A stretch of 64,000 nt of DNA from Alphaproteobacteria bacterium (GTDB lineage Bacteria; Pseudomonadota; Alphaproteobacteria; UBA2966): the NCBI GenBank assembly GCA_965200265.1, contig OZ241357.1, forward strand, positions 2,519,816 to 2,583,815, written 5' to 3'. The notes beneath the pieces are model-generated. The model did no database searches and had not been told where the DNA came from. It saw only the letters and a program-made list of their open reading frames with translations. This document shows, one piece after another, positions 30,552 through 39,325 of this stretch; position 1 is the first letter of the stretch, and each line of letters begins with the position of its first letter. The position numbers and the translations under genes are program-made.

Positions 30552-31499
30552 TTACAGGAAGAGCACGTCCTTCGCGTACATCTCCATCTTCTCGAGCGCT
30601 TCGCTCAGCGTCGGGCTCAGGAAGTTGAAGTTCAGCAGGCCGACGCCCAACTCGCGAAAGTGCTCGACGTCGCCGGCGATCTCCTCCGGCGCGCCCATGA
30701 ACAGCCGCCGTCCGCCGCCGTCGGCGACCGTCCCCGCGACACCGGCCCAGTTGGCCCAGAACGCCAGCGTGATGGTCGCCGGGTCGCGCCCTTTCTCCGC
30801 GGCCATCGCGTGGAGCCGGTCGACGTTGGCCTTGTACCGCTCGCGCGTGTCCATCCGGTTCCCGGGGTTGGCGCCGAGGGGATACCAGCCGTCGCCGAGC
30901 TCGACGACCCGGCGCAGCGCGGGGTCGCTCTCGCCGCCGACGAATATCGGAGGGTGGGGCTTCTGGACCGGCCTGGGCGCGAAGACGACGTCCGAGAAGC
31001 TCACGTAATCGCCCCGCATGGAGGGACTCTCCCGCGTCCACAGCTCCTTGAAGGCGCGGACGTATTCGTTCGTGACCCGGCCACGCTCGGCGTGCGGCGG
31101 CGCGCCGAGAGCCTCGAACTCCTCCTTCATCCAGCCCGCGCCGACGCCGATCGAGAGGCGGCCGCCGGACAGCACGTCGATGGTCGAGAGCATCTTCGCC
31201 GTCAGCACGGCCGGGCGATGGGGGACGACGAGCACGGAGGTCATGAGCCGCGGCTTCGTCGTGACCGCGGCCGCCCAGGTCACGACCGTGAGCTGGTCGA
31301 GACAGTCGCCGGCCCCGCCGCCGGGCATCTCGCCGGTCTCCGAGTACGGATACTCGAAGGCGTAGGCGCGCGGGATGACGAGGTGGTCGGGGACGGTCAG
31401 ATAGTCGTATCCGAGCCGTTCGCCGCACTCGGCCATCGCCCGGACGCCTTCCGGGTTGGCAAGCGGGCCGCGCGTCGGCAAACCGAATCCGAACTGCAT
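30552..31499 (-). CDS. LLM-class (luciferase-like) flavin-dependent oxidoreductase, paralog 1
   Basis: MQFGFGLPTRGPL...DHLVIPR...GGRLSIGVGAGWMKEEFEALGAP...; TIM-barrel LLM family. Confidence 0.8.
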   Translation of the reverse strand: MQFGFGLPTRGPLANPEGVRAMAECGERLGYDYLTVPDHLVIPRAYAFEYPYSETGEMPGGGAGDCLDQLTVVTWAAAVTTKPRLMTSVLVVPHRPAVLTAKMLSTIDVLSGGRLSIGVGAGWMKEEFEALGAPPHAERGRVTNEYVRAFKELWTRESPSMRGDYVSFSDVVFAPRPVQKPHPPIFVGGESDPALRRVVELGDGWYPLGANPGNRMDTRERYKANVDRLHAMAAEKGRDPATITLAFWANWAGVAGTVADGGGRRLFMGAPEEIAGDVEHFRELGVGLLNFNFLSPTLSEALEKMEMYAKDVLFL

Positions 31500-31679
31500 C
31501 GCAATCCTCCTTCAAGCGGTCCGGCGCCACTCTGCCACCGGGTCCGGGAGCGGGGCAAATCGGGGCGGGCGCCGCGTTGATGCGGCTTCCGCAATCGGGT
31601 ATCAAGCCGGGTCACGGCGTGGATGTCGGAAGGCATCGCGTTTCCTCTCGACCGAACCCGACGCGGCGGGGCGGCGGCC

Positions 31680-32954
31680 ATGAAGCTGAAATGCGTGGAG
31701 ATCGAGAACTACCGGGCCATCGAGAAGCTCGACCTGCCGCTCGACCCCGACTTGACGGTGTTCCACGGCGCCAACGGGCACGGCAAGACCAGCGTGCTCA
31801 GCGCCATCGCCGTGGGCCTCGGCAGCATTCCCACGTTGTTGCCGGAAGTCTCCGGTATCGGCTTCCGCAAGACCGACCGGCGCGGGCAGCAGCCCTTGCG
31901 GGTGGCGCTGCACACGCTGGACGGGATCGAATGGGAGCGGCGCATGGCCGGGCAGCGGAAATTGACCCGTCGTCGTCCGTTGCAGGAGGCGCTGGACGCT
32001 ATCGTCGCCGCGGACAGCGAGGGAGCCGCGCCACGCGACCTTCCCATCGTCGCTTTCTACGACACGGATCGCGCGGTGTTCGACGCGTCGCATCGGCGCC
32101 GGAGCTTCAAGACGGAGTTTCCGCGTTACGCGGCGCTGGAGGAGGCGCTCACCCCCCGAACCAACTTCAGTGAGTTCTTCAAGTGGTTCTACGCCTTGGA
32201 GAACGAGGAGGTCCGGGAACAAAAGGAACGGGGGGGGGACTGGGAGTTGAAGGAACTGAAAGCCGTCCGCAAGGCGATCGAACGCATGGTCCCCGGAGTC
32301 TCCGACCCGCAGATCAAATTCCGGCCCGTGCGGTTCGCCGTGTCCGTGAAGTCGGAAGCGGGCAAGACGGAAAAACTCGCGCTCGACCAGCTGAGCGGCG
32401 GCTACCGCATCATGCTGGCGCTCGCCGCCGATCTCGCCCGGCGCATGGCGCAAGGGAACCCGCATCTCGACGACCCGCTCCAGTCGGAAGCGATCGTGCT
32501 GATCGACGAAGTCGACCTGCATCTGCATCCTCACTGGCAACATCGGGTGCTGACCGATTTGACGACGGCCTTCCCGAACACGCAGTTCATCGTCTCCACC
32601 CACAGCCCGCCGGTGCTGACGACAGTTCGTCCAAAGCACATCGTCCGGCTTTACCACGACGACGGGCGCATCGTCGCCGGACAACCGAACGCGCCGACCT
32701 ACGGCGCCGAGGCGGGAAGCGTGCTCGAAGCGATCATGGGCGTGCAGGAACGGCCGGCTGCCGAACACAACGAATTCGTGAAGAAGCTCGAGGAATACAG
32801 GCGTCTCGTCGATGACGGCCGCGGGCGGTCCGAAGAAGCCGTGTCGCTCAGGGGTGAGCTCGAAAGCCTCTCCCCCAGGGATCCGGCACTTGATGCGGCG
32901 GACATGGAAATGGATCGGCAGGAAATTTTCACGCGGTTGGGGAAGGGGTCTTGA
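31680..32954 (+). CDS. ptuA: AAA_21/OLD-type ATPase, Septu PtuA-like
   Basis: Walker A GANGHGKTS, ABC-signature-like LSGGYR, Walker B/D-loop IVLIDEVDLHLHPHWQ; 424 aa; contains a 9-nt G run (32230-32238). Confidence 0.7.
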   Translation: MKLKCVEIENYRAIEKLDLPLDPDLTVFHGANGHGKTSVLSAIAVGLGSIPTLLPEVSGIGFRKTDRRGQQPLRVALHTLDGIEWERRMAGQRKLTRRRPLQEALDAIVAADSEGAAPRDLPIVAFYDTDRAVFDASHRRRSFKTEFPRYAALEEALTPRTNFSEFFKWFYALENEEVREQKERGGDWELKELKAVRKAIERMVPGVSDPQIKFRPVRFAVSVKSEAGKTEKLALDQLSGGYRIMLALAADLARRMAQGNPHLDDPLQSEAIVLIDEVDLHLHPHWQHRVLTDLTTAFPNTQFIVSTHSPPVLTTVRPKHIVRLYHDDGRIVAGQPNAPTYGAEAGSVLEAIMGVQERPAAEHNEFVKKLEEYRRLVDDGRGRSEEAVSLRGELESLSPRDPALDAADMEMDRQEIFTRLGKGS

Positions 32955-33694
32955 AACGGATACGGTCACTCCAAGGCCCCGTACCCGGCCTTGCCGACTA
33001 CAGGAAACAAGCCAGCGCGCAGGCGAATTGGAAGGGATATCGCAAGCACCGCGCAGGCAAGAAGCGGTATCAGAGCCTCATCGAAAGCCTTGTCGGCCTT
33101 CAGCACGGACTCTGCGGTTACTGCGAGATCGATCTTGTCGAGGGCGACCGTCAGGTCGAGCACGTCATCTCGAGAAACAAGGCGCCGGACCGCGATCTCG
33201 ATGCCGAGAACATGATCGCTTGTTGCAGAGGCGGCGCATCGGACGACTCCGACGTTCGAGGCGACCGGGAGCGGTTTTCGCCGCCGGATGCGAGTTGTGG
33301 CCACGCGATGGGCAATACCGACGACCCGGAATTCGTCGATCCGAGGACGGTGCCCGACCTGCCGTCGTTGACGCGTGTCCGTCCGGACGGCCAGATCGAG
33401 GCCGATACGGGTGCCTGCGCGGACGCCGGATGGTCCGCCGACAGCGTGGAGAAGACCATCCGGATCCTGGGTTTGAACGTCCAACGACTACAAACGACTC
33501 GGAGGGATTATTGGGACAATCTCTCGAGCAAGATGCCCGCCTATCACGGCAACCCGAATGCAATGGAAGAGTGGGCGCGTAGTCGGCTTTTGCCGAAGAA
33601 CGGCACCCTGCCGAAGTTCTTTACCGTCAGCCGTTCGTATTTCGGGCTGTTGGGCGAGGAGATTCTGGCGGAAGAACCCCGCGAATGGATTTGA
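32951..33694 (+). CDS. ptuB: HNH endonuclease, Septu PtuB-like (retron-type CxYCE HNH)
   Basis: LCGYCEIDL...RQVEHVISRNKAP HNH core; TTG start overlapping the ptuA stop (TTGA), so the start is uncertain. Confidence 0.65.
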   Translation: MKRIRSLQGPVPGLADYRKQASAQANWKGYRKHRAGKKRYQSLIESLVGLQHGLCGYCEIDLVEGDRQVEHVISRNKAPDRDLDAENMIACCRGGASDDSDVRGDRERFSPPDASCGHAMGNTDDPEFVDPRTVPDLPSLTRVRPDGQIEADTGACADAGWSADSVEKTIRILGLNVQRLQTTRRDYWDNLSSKMPAYHGNPNAMEEWARSRLLPKNGTLPKFFTVSRSYFGLLGEEILAEEPREWI

Positions 33695-33769
33695 ACCGAC
33701 GTCCGACGGCACCCTGAGAGTGCAGGCAGGCGGCGGTCTCCGCTCGGCGGGCCGTGGTAGCCTCCGCGG

Positions 33770-34192
33770 ATGTTCGAGGAGCGGCAGCGGGCGTTTCTGA
33801 ACGGCCGGCGCGTCGGGCGGCTGGCGACGGCGGACGCGGCCGGGCGGCCCCACGTGGTGCCGGCGTGCTTTGCGCTCGGCGCGCGCGGCGTCTACATTAC
33901 GATCGACGAGAAGCCGAAAAGGAGGGCGGGGCAGCCCCTGAAGCGTATCCGCAACATCCTCGAAAACCCTTCGGTGGCGCTGGTCGTCGATCGCTACGAC
34001 GAGGACTGGAGCCGCCTCGGCTGGGTGATGGTGAGGGGTTCGGCGGAAATTCTGGAGAACGGCGACGAGCACGACCGGGCGCAGGCGCTGCTGCGGGACC
34101 GCTACCCCCAGTATCGGCGAATGGCCCTGGAGGACCTTCCCGTCATCGCCATCCGCGCCGAGCGCGTGACGAGCTGGGGGAATCTCGACTGA
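33770..34192 (+). CDS. PPOX-class (pyridoxamine 5'-phosphate oxidase-like) FMN/F420-binding split-barrel protein
   Basis: LNGRRVGRLATADAAGRPHVVPACFAL...VALVVDRYDEDWSRLGWVMVRGSAEIL pattern of the TIGR03618-like PPOX class. Confidence 0.7.
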   Translation: MFEERQRAFLNGRRVGRLATADAAGRPHVVPACFALGARGVYITIDEKPKRRAGQPLKRIRNILENPSVALVVDRYDEDWSRLGWVMVRGSAEILENGDEHDRAQALLRDRYPQYRRMALEDLPVIAIRAERVTSWGNLD

Positions 34193-34230
34193 CCACGCCG
34201 GAACCCGCGGAGAACGGCAGGCATGATAGG

Positions 34231-35355
34231 ATGGACATGACGGAAGAACTGAAAATGTGGACGGTCGGGAACGGTGGCGAGGCCGCTCCGGTGAAGCAAG
34301 TGAGGCACATCGAAACCGAAAACCTGCTAGAAAAGACGCTCGTCAAGAACCCGGACATGCTGATACCGGGGTTGAAACTCGTGGGGCGACAGACGCCGAC
34401 CGACGGAGGCTGGCTCGACCTGCTGGGCGTGGACCGGGATGGCCGGCTCGTCGTATTCGAATTGAAACGCGGCAAGCTCACGCGGGAGGCGGTCACCCAG
34501 ATCATCGACTACGCCTCGGACCTCAATGCCATGAACGACAAACAACTGGCGGAGCACATCACCCAACGGTCGGGCCGCGACGGCATAGAGAAGATCGAGA
34601 ATTTCGACGACTGGTACGAAGACTGGCGCGCCCAACATATCGAGGAACCCGACGAGGCGCCTCAGTTACGGCCCGTGAAGATGATGCTTGTCGGTCTCGG
34701 CGCCGATGCCCGAGCTACCCGGATGGTGGACTTCCTGGCGCGGGGCGTGGACATATCGCTTCTGACGTTCCACGGCTACGAACATGAAGGCAAAACCTTT
34801 CTCGCCAGGCAAGTACAGGCGGAGCCGGACCTGACCGAAGAGTTCCGCGGCGGGAAGGAGAGCCGCGAAGAGCGCCGTCGAAAGCGCCGTCGCGCCGTTG
34901 AGGAATTGGCCGAAAATCATGGTGTAAGCGATATATTCAACGAGGCGGTCAGAAGATTCTTGGACTTGGATAGTCGTTATACGCCGCACACTCGTAGGGA
35001 CGGGTATGCTTTCTACGCGGCGCGGTCGTTGACGCTCTCCGGACACGATACAAAATTCAACAGCCCACTGTCGTTGAGGATTACCCGGAACGGAGAGATG
35101 CGCGTGACCTTCTTCCCGGTCTCGGTACATCTCTGCAAGCAGAAATTCCGGGAGGCGACACAATCCAATCCATCCCTGTTCAAATGCGAGCCTCCACCCA
35201 ATGCCCCTCGCACGAACGACGTCCCGGAGCAGTGGTACTGCGTCCTGGATCGGTCGGGATGGGATGAGCACAAGGAAAGACTGTTCGAGCTCGCCAAGGA
35301 CGTCTCCACGGCATGGAACAAGACCGAGCAAGAGGCCGGATCACGGGCGGCGTAA
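34231..35355 (+). CDS. NucS/DUF91-like PD-(D/E)xK nuclease-domain protein with uncharacterised C-terminal region
   Basis: GGWLDLLGVDRDGRLVVFELKRGKLTREAVTQIIDYASDL matches the D...(E)LK core of NucS/EndoMS-type nucleases; remaining about 250 aa unassigned. Confidence 0.65.
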   Translation: MDMTEELKMWTVGNGGEAAPVKQVRHIETENLLEKTLVKNPDMLIPGLKLVGRQTPTDGGWLDLLGVDRDGRLVVFELKRGKLTREAVTQIIDYASDLNAMNDKQLAEHITQRSGRDGIEKIENFDDWYEDWRAQHIEEPDEAPQLRPVKMMLVGLGADARATRMVDFLARGVDISLLTFHGYEHEGKTFLARQVQAEPDLTEEFRGGKESREERRRKRRRAVEELAENHGVSDIFNEAVRRFLDLDSRYTPHTRRDGYAFYAARSLTLSGHDTKFNSPLSLRITRNGEMRVTFFPVSVHLCKQKFREATQSNPSLFKCEPPPNAPRTNDVPEQWYCVLDRSGWDEHKERLFELAKDVSTAWNKTEQEAGSRAA

Positions 35356-35457
35356 TCCGCCGATACGGACTGATCTCGCCGAGCCGCGGCAGCGCCCGCC
35401 GAATCGCCCCCGTCGCCGCGCCGGTTCGGGGCGCGGGCGGCATGGCCGGCAGCGGCG

Positions 35458-36030
35458 TTACGGCTTTCCGGTTTCCGGCGCCGGGCGCCGCAGGGCCATC
35501 AGGATGCCGGCGAGATGGCCGATCACAGGGACCTCGCCGTTGGCCGCGGCCCGCGCCAGCTCGTCGCGGGTCATGAGCACGGTCTCGATCTCTTCAAGGT
35601 TCGTCGCCGGGTCGGGTTCCCGCTTCCAGACGCCGCCCGACGCCAGGAAGAAGTGCTCCTCGCCGCAGCGCTGGTTGTTGTTGCGGCAGAAGGCGCCGAG
35701 AGGCCGCCAGTCCCGGCACTCGTACCCCGTCTCCTCGAGCAGCTCCCGCCGGGCGGCGGCGAGCGGCTCTTCGCCCGGATCGACGATCCCGCCGGGAAGG
35801 GTGAGCGAGATCCGCTCCGGTCCATGCTTGTACTGCCGCTGACAGATGAACCGGCCGTCCTCCGCCGTCGCGGCCACCCACGCCTGATCGGGGAGATCGA
35901 CCCGGTAGTAGGGCTCGTATCGCCGGCCGCCGGGAAGCTCGACCGCGTGGGCGGACACCGAGAGCCGCCGGGGGACGACGAATATCTCCCGCGATCCCAG
36001 CAACTTCCACGGTCGGAGATCGCGGGTCAC
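35458..36030 (-). CDS. NUDIX hydrolase (ADP-ribose pyrophosphatase-like)
   Basis: Nudix box GGIVDPGEEPLAAARRELLEETG; GTG start overlaps the stop of LLM paralog 2 (GTGA). Confidence 0.7.
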   Translation of the reverse strand: MTRDLRPWKLLGSREIFVVPRRLSVSAHAVELPGGRRYEPYYRVDLPDQAWVAATAEDGRFICQRQYKHGPERISLTLPGGIVDPGEEPLAAARRELLEETGYECRDWRPLGAFCRNNNQRCGEEHFFLASGGVWKREPDPATNLEEIETVLMTRDELARAAANGEVPVIGHLAGILMALRRPAPETGKP

Positions 36031-37016
36031 GGGCCGGTCCCGGAACCGATGAACTCCGCCGCGTATGCCTCCATCCCTTCGAGCGTCTCCCCGATGGTTT
36101 CCCGCTCGAAGTTGACGATGACGGAGTCGACGCCGATCTCCTCCATGGCCGCCATGTCGTCCTTCATGTGCCGGGCGCTGCCGCTCAGGAGGCGCCGGTC
36201 TCCACCGGGAAACGGGGCGTCGACTTCCGCCGGCCGCAGCGGCTCGCCCGGTTCCGTCCCCCACCACAGCGTGAACCACGTGACCCGGAGCGAGGCGGGA
36301 TCCCGGCCGGCGTCCTCCGCCAGCCCGTGGAGCCTGTCCACATACGTCCGCAACCGCTCCAGCGTGTCGAGGGGGACCCTGGCGTTGTGGGCCATGGGGA
36401 TCCAGCCGTCACCCAGCGTCGCGGCGCGGCGCATGGCCGGGGGGCTCTCGCCGCCCACCAGGATGGGCGGGCGCGGTTTCCGAACCGGCTTCGGCTCGAA
36501 GATGATGTCGGCGAAATCGACGTAATCGCCGTGGAACTCCGGGTCGTCGTTCGTCCACAGCTCCTTGAACGCCTCGATGTATTCGTTGGCGACCCTGCCG
36601 CGCTCGGCATGGGGCGGCGCGCCCAGGGCCTCGAACTCCTCCTTCATCCATCCCGCCCCGCACCCCACGGAAAGACGGCCGCCGGAAAGGTAGTCAAGGC
36701 TCGCCAGCGCCTTGGCCGTCGGGACCGGCGAACGGTGCGGCAGCACCAGCACGGACGTGAGCAGGCCGACGGACCGCGTCCGGGCGGCGACGAACGCCAG
36801 CGCCGTCAGCTGATCGACGAAATCCCCGAAACGTCCGGGCAGCCAGTCGCCGTCCCTGGTATAGGGATAGTCCGAGACCCGGCTTCGCGGCACCACCAGA
36901 TGGTCCGTCATGGACAGGAAATCGAAGCCGAGCGCCTCGCCCTTCCGGGCCAGGGCCGACATGTTCTCCGGCGCGCTCAGCGGTCCCCGCGTGGGGACGT
37001 AGAACCCGATCTCCAT
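36027..37016 (-). CDS. LLM-class flavin-dependent oxidoreductase, paralog 2
   Basis: MEIGFYVPTRGPL...GGRLSVGCGAGWMKEEFEALGAPPHAERG; paralogous to 30552-31499. Confidence 0.8.
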   Translation of the reverse strand: MEIGFYVPTRGPLSAPENMSALARKGEALGFDFLSMTDHLVVPRSRVSDYPYTRDGDWLPGRFGDFVDQLTALAFVAARTRSVGLLTSVLVLPHRSPVPTAKALASLDYLSGGRLSVGCGAGWMKEEFEALGAPPHAERGRVANEYIEAFKELWTNDDPEFHGDYVDFADIIFEPKPVRKPRPPILVGGESPPAMRRAATLGDGWIPMAHNARVPLDTLERLRTYVDRLHGLAEDAGRDPASLRVTWFTLWWGTEPGEPLRPAEVDAPFPGGDRRLLSGSARHMKDDMAAMEEIGVDSVIVNFERETIGETLEGMEAYAAEFIGSGTGP

Positions 37017-37040
37017 GAAGGCTTCCCCGTCGTGGCGCCG

Positions 37041-38057
37041 TCACGCGCCGCGACCCGCTCGACCGTCCGCCGCCGGGGCCGAGAGCGGGCCGACGTCGCG
37101 GGCGAACGCCTCCATCCCGTCCATGGTCTCGGAAAGGCCGGGACGCTCGAAGTTCAGCACGAGCGCCTTCACGCCGAGCCCTTCCAGCGCCGCGACGTCG
37201 GCCGCCATCTGCTCCGCCGAGCCCGTCATCAGACGACGGTTGCCATCGGTCGCCGGACCGTCCGTTCCCAGCGGCGGCAAGGGATCGCCGGGTTCCGATC
37301 CCCACCGCATGATGAAGAAGGCGCGGTCGACGTCGTCGATGCTCCGCCCCGTCTCCCCGGCGAGACGCGCCAGACCGTCCAGGGCCGCCTCGTACCTGTC
37401 ACGGGTGTCGAGAGGGTAGTTCGGGTTGTGCGCGATGGGAAGCCAGCCATCGCCGAGCCGGACGACGCGGCGCAGGGCGGGCCTGCTCTCGCCCCCGATC
37501 CAGACCGGCGGGCCCGGCCGCTGCACGGGACGCGGGAGGAATGCGATGTCGGCGAAGTCCGCGTAATCGCCGTGGAATTCCGGGTCCTCGGCGCTCCACA
37601 GCTCCCTGAAGACGCGGATGTACTCGTCGGTGACCTTGCCGCGCTCCCCGTGGGGAGGCGCGCCGATCGCCTCGAACTCCTCCTTGCACCAGCCGGCGCC
37701 GACGCCGACGGTGAGACGACCGCGGGACAGGACGTCGATCGTCGACAGCATCTTCGCCGCGAGCACCGGCGGCCGATGCGGCGCGACCATGACCGAAGTC
37801 AGGAGGCGGGCCGAACCGGTCCGCCCGGCGAGATAGGCGAGAACCGTCAACTGGTCGCAGAAATCCCCGAATCGCCCCGCGGGCCAGTCGCCCTCGTCGG
37901 TATAGGGGTATCTGGAGTCCACGCCGCGCGGCACGACGACGTGATCGGTCACCGCGATGTAGCCGTACCCCAGCTCCTCGCCCCTGGCAGCCAGCGCCGT
38001 CATGTGCTCGGGCGTGCCGAGGGGGCCTCGTGTCGGAAGGTAGAAGCCGAATTCCAT
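37041..38057 (-). CDS. LLM-class flavin-dependent oxidoreductase, paralog 3
   Basis: MEFGFYLPTRGPL...RGRLTVGVGAGWCKEEFEAIGAPPHGERG; internal Met start chosen. Confidence 0.8.
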   Translation of the reverse strand: MEFGFYLPTRGPLGTPEHMTALAARGEELGYGYIAVTDHVVVPRGVDSRYPYTDEGDWPAGRFGDFCDQLTVLAYLAGRTGSARLLTSVMVAPHRPPVLAAKMLSTIDVLSRGRLTVGVGAGWCKEEFEAIGAPPHGERGKVTDEYIRVFRELWSAEDPEFHGDYADFADIAFLPRPVQRPGPPVWIGGESRPALRRVVRLGDGWLPIAHNPNYPLDTRDRYEAALDGLARLAGETGRSIDDVDRAFFIMRWGSEPGDPLPPLGTDGPATDGNRRLMTGSAEQMAADVAALEGLGVKALVLNFERPGLSETMDGMEAFARDVGPLSAPAADGRAGRGA

Positions 38058-38197
38058 GTCGTCGTCCCTCGAACCGCAGGCATTCCGGATCGTTCGCACC
38101 CGCATTTATAGCGGATGGCTCCGCGCGTGTGACCAGCCGGTCGGCAAAGGACGGCGAAGCGGTTCCGGCCGAACGGGAACCGCTCTAGATTGGGCGC

Positions 38198-39325
38198 ATG
38201 AAGCTCCTCGCTCTTCGCGGCGACGCCATCGGACCCGAAATCGTCGGCGCGGCGATCGAGGTCCTGAAGGCGGCCGATGGCGCGTTCGGCCTCGGCCTCG
38301 AAGTCGAGGAAGCCCCGGTCGGCCTCGACGCCCTGGAGCGGCTGGGCACGACGCTGCCCGACGAGACCTTCGCCCGCGTTCTGGCCAGCGACGGCGTCGT
38401 CCTGGGGCCACAGCACAACATGATCTATCCCCCGCCCGGCGAGGGCGGAACGAACGTTTCGGCGACGATCCGCAAGAGTCTCGACCTGTTCGCCAACATC
38501 CGCCCGAGTCGCGGCCGTCCCGGCGTCCCGGCGCCGTCTCCCGGCATCGACGTGGTCGTCGTGCGGGAGAACACCGAGGGCTTCTACGCGGACCGCTCGA
38601 TGGCCCGGGGCTCGGGAGAGTTCATGCCCACGGAGGACGTGGCGCTGGCGGTCCGCAAGATCACCCGCGAGGGTTCCCGCCGGATCGCCGAGGAGGCCTG
38701 CCGCGTCGCGGCCTCCCGCGGCGGCAGGCTCGCGGTCGTGCACAAGGCGAACGTCCTGGGCCTGACCGACGGGCTGTTCCGGGATACGGCGTTCTCCGTC
38801 GCCGAACGACACGGCGGGCTGGAGGTCGAGGAGCATCTCGTCGACGCCGCGGCGGCCCGTCTGGTCCGCGAATCCGAGGCGTTCGACGTGATCGTGACGA
38901 CCAACATGTTCGGGGACATCCTCTCCGATCTGGCCGCCGAACTGTCGGGCGGGCTGGGGCTGGGGCCGTCGATCAACGCCGGCCGCGATCACGCCGTTGC
39001 CCAGGCGGCCCACGGCGCGGCGCCGGACATCGCCGGGCGGGACGCCGCCAACCCGACGGCCATGATCCTCTCGGTCGCCATGCTGCTGGACTGGTTGGGG
39101 CTGAAGCACGACCGGGACGGTCCGCGGCGGGCGGCGGCGGCCATGGAACGCGCGGTCGACGCGCAACTCGCCGACCCGAAAGGCCGGACCGCCGATCTGG
39201 GCGGCTCGTTGGGGACCGCGGCCTTCGGTGCCGCCGTGGCGACGCGGATCCCGGCCGAAGCGGCGCGGAATCTCCCGCTCAGCGCCGGACGACCGGCGCC
39301 GGGTTCCCTTCGATCATCACGTTGA
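38198..39325 (+). CDS. Isocitrate/isopropylmalate dehydrogenase family (tartrate/3-isopropylmalate dehydrogenase-like)
   Basis: GDAIGPEI, NIRP, VVRENTEGFYA, NMFGDILSD, AAHGAAPDIAG motifs of the beta-decarboxylating dehydrogenase family. Confidence 0.75.
   Translation: MKLLALRGDAIGPEIVGAAIEVLKAADGAFGLGLEVEEAPVGLDALERLGTTLPDETFARVLASDGVVLGPQHNMIYPPPGEGGTNVSATIRKSLDLFANIRPSRGRPGVPAPSPGIDVVVVRENTEGFYADRSMARGSGEFMPTEDVALAVRKITREGSRRIAEEACRVAASRGGRLAVVHKANVLGLTDGLFRDTAFSVAERHGGLEVEEHLVDAAAARLVRESEAFDVIVTTNMFGDILSDLAAELSGGLGLGPSINAGRDHAVAQAAHGAAPDIAGRDAANPTAMILSVAMLLDWLGLKHDRDGPRRAAAAMERAVDAQLADPKGRTADLGGSLGTAAFGAAVATRIPAEAARNLPLSAGRPAPGSLRSSR

Noticed and set aside
31500-31680. Retron (reverse transcriptase + msr/msd) upstream of ptuAB, as in retron Ec78-type Septu.
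   Set aside because: Only about 180 bp separate the LLM gene start from ptuA. There is no RT ORF and no obvious long inverted-repeat structure, so the module is treated as a standalone Septu-like pair.
38198-39325. 47-bp convergent overlap between the IPMDH-family gene and the 3' end of the TPP-enzyme gene, as a sign of mis-annotation.
   Set aside because: Both ends are defined by stop codons in frames carrying family motifs. Short convergent overlaps occur in compact high-GC genomes. The likely real anomaly is the frameshift reported separately.
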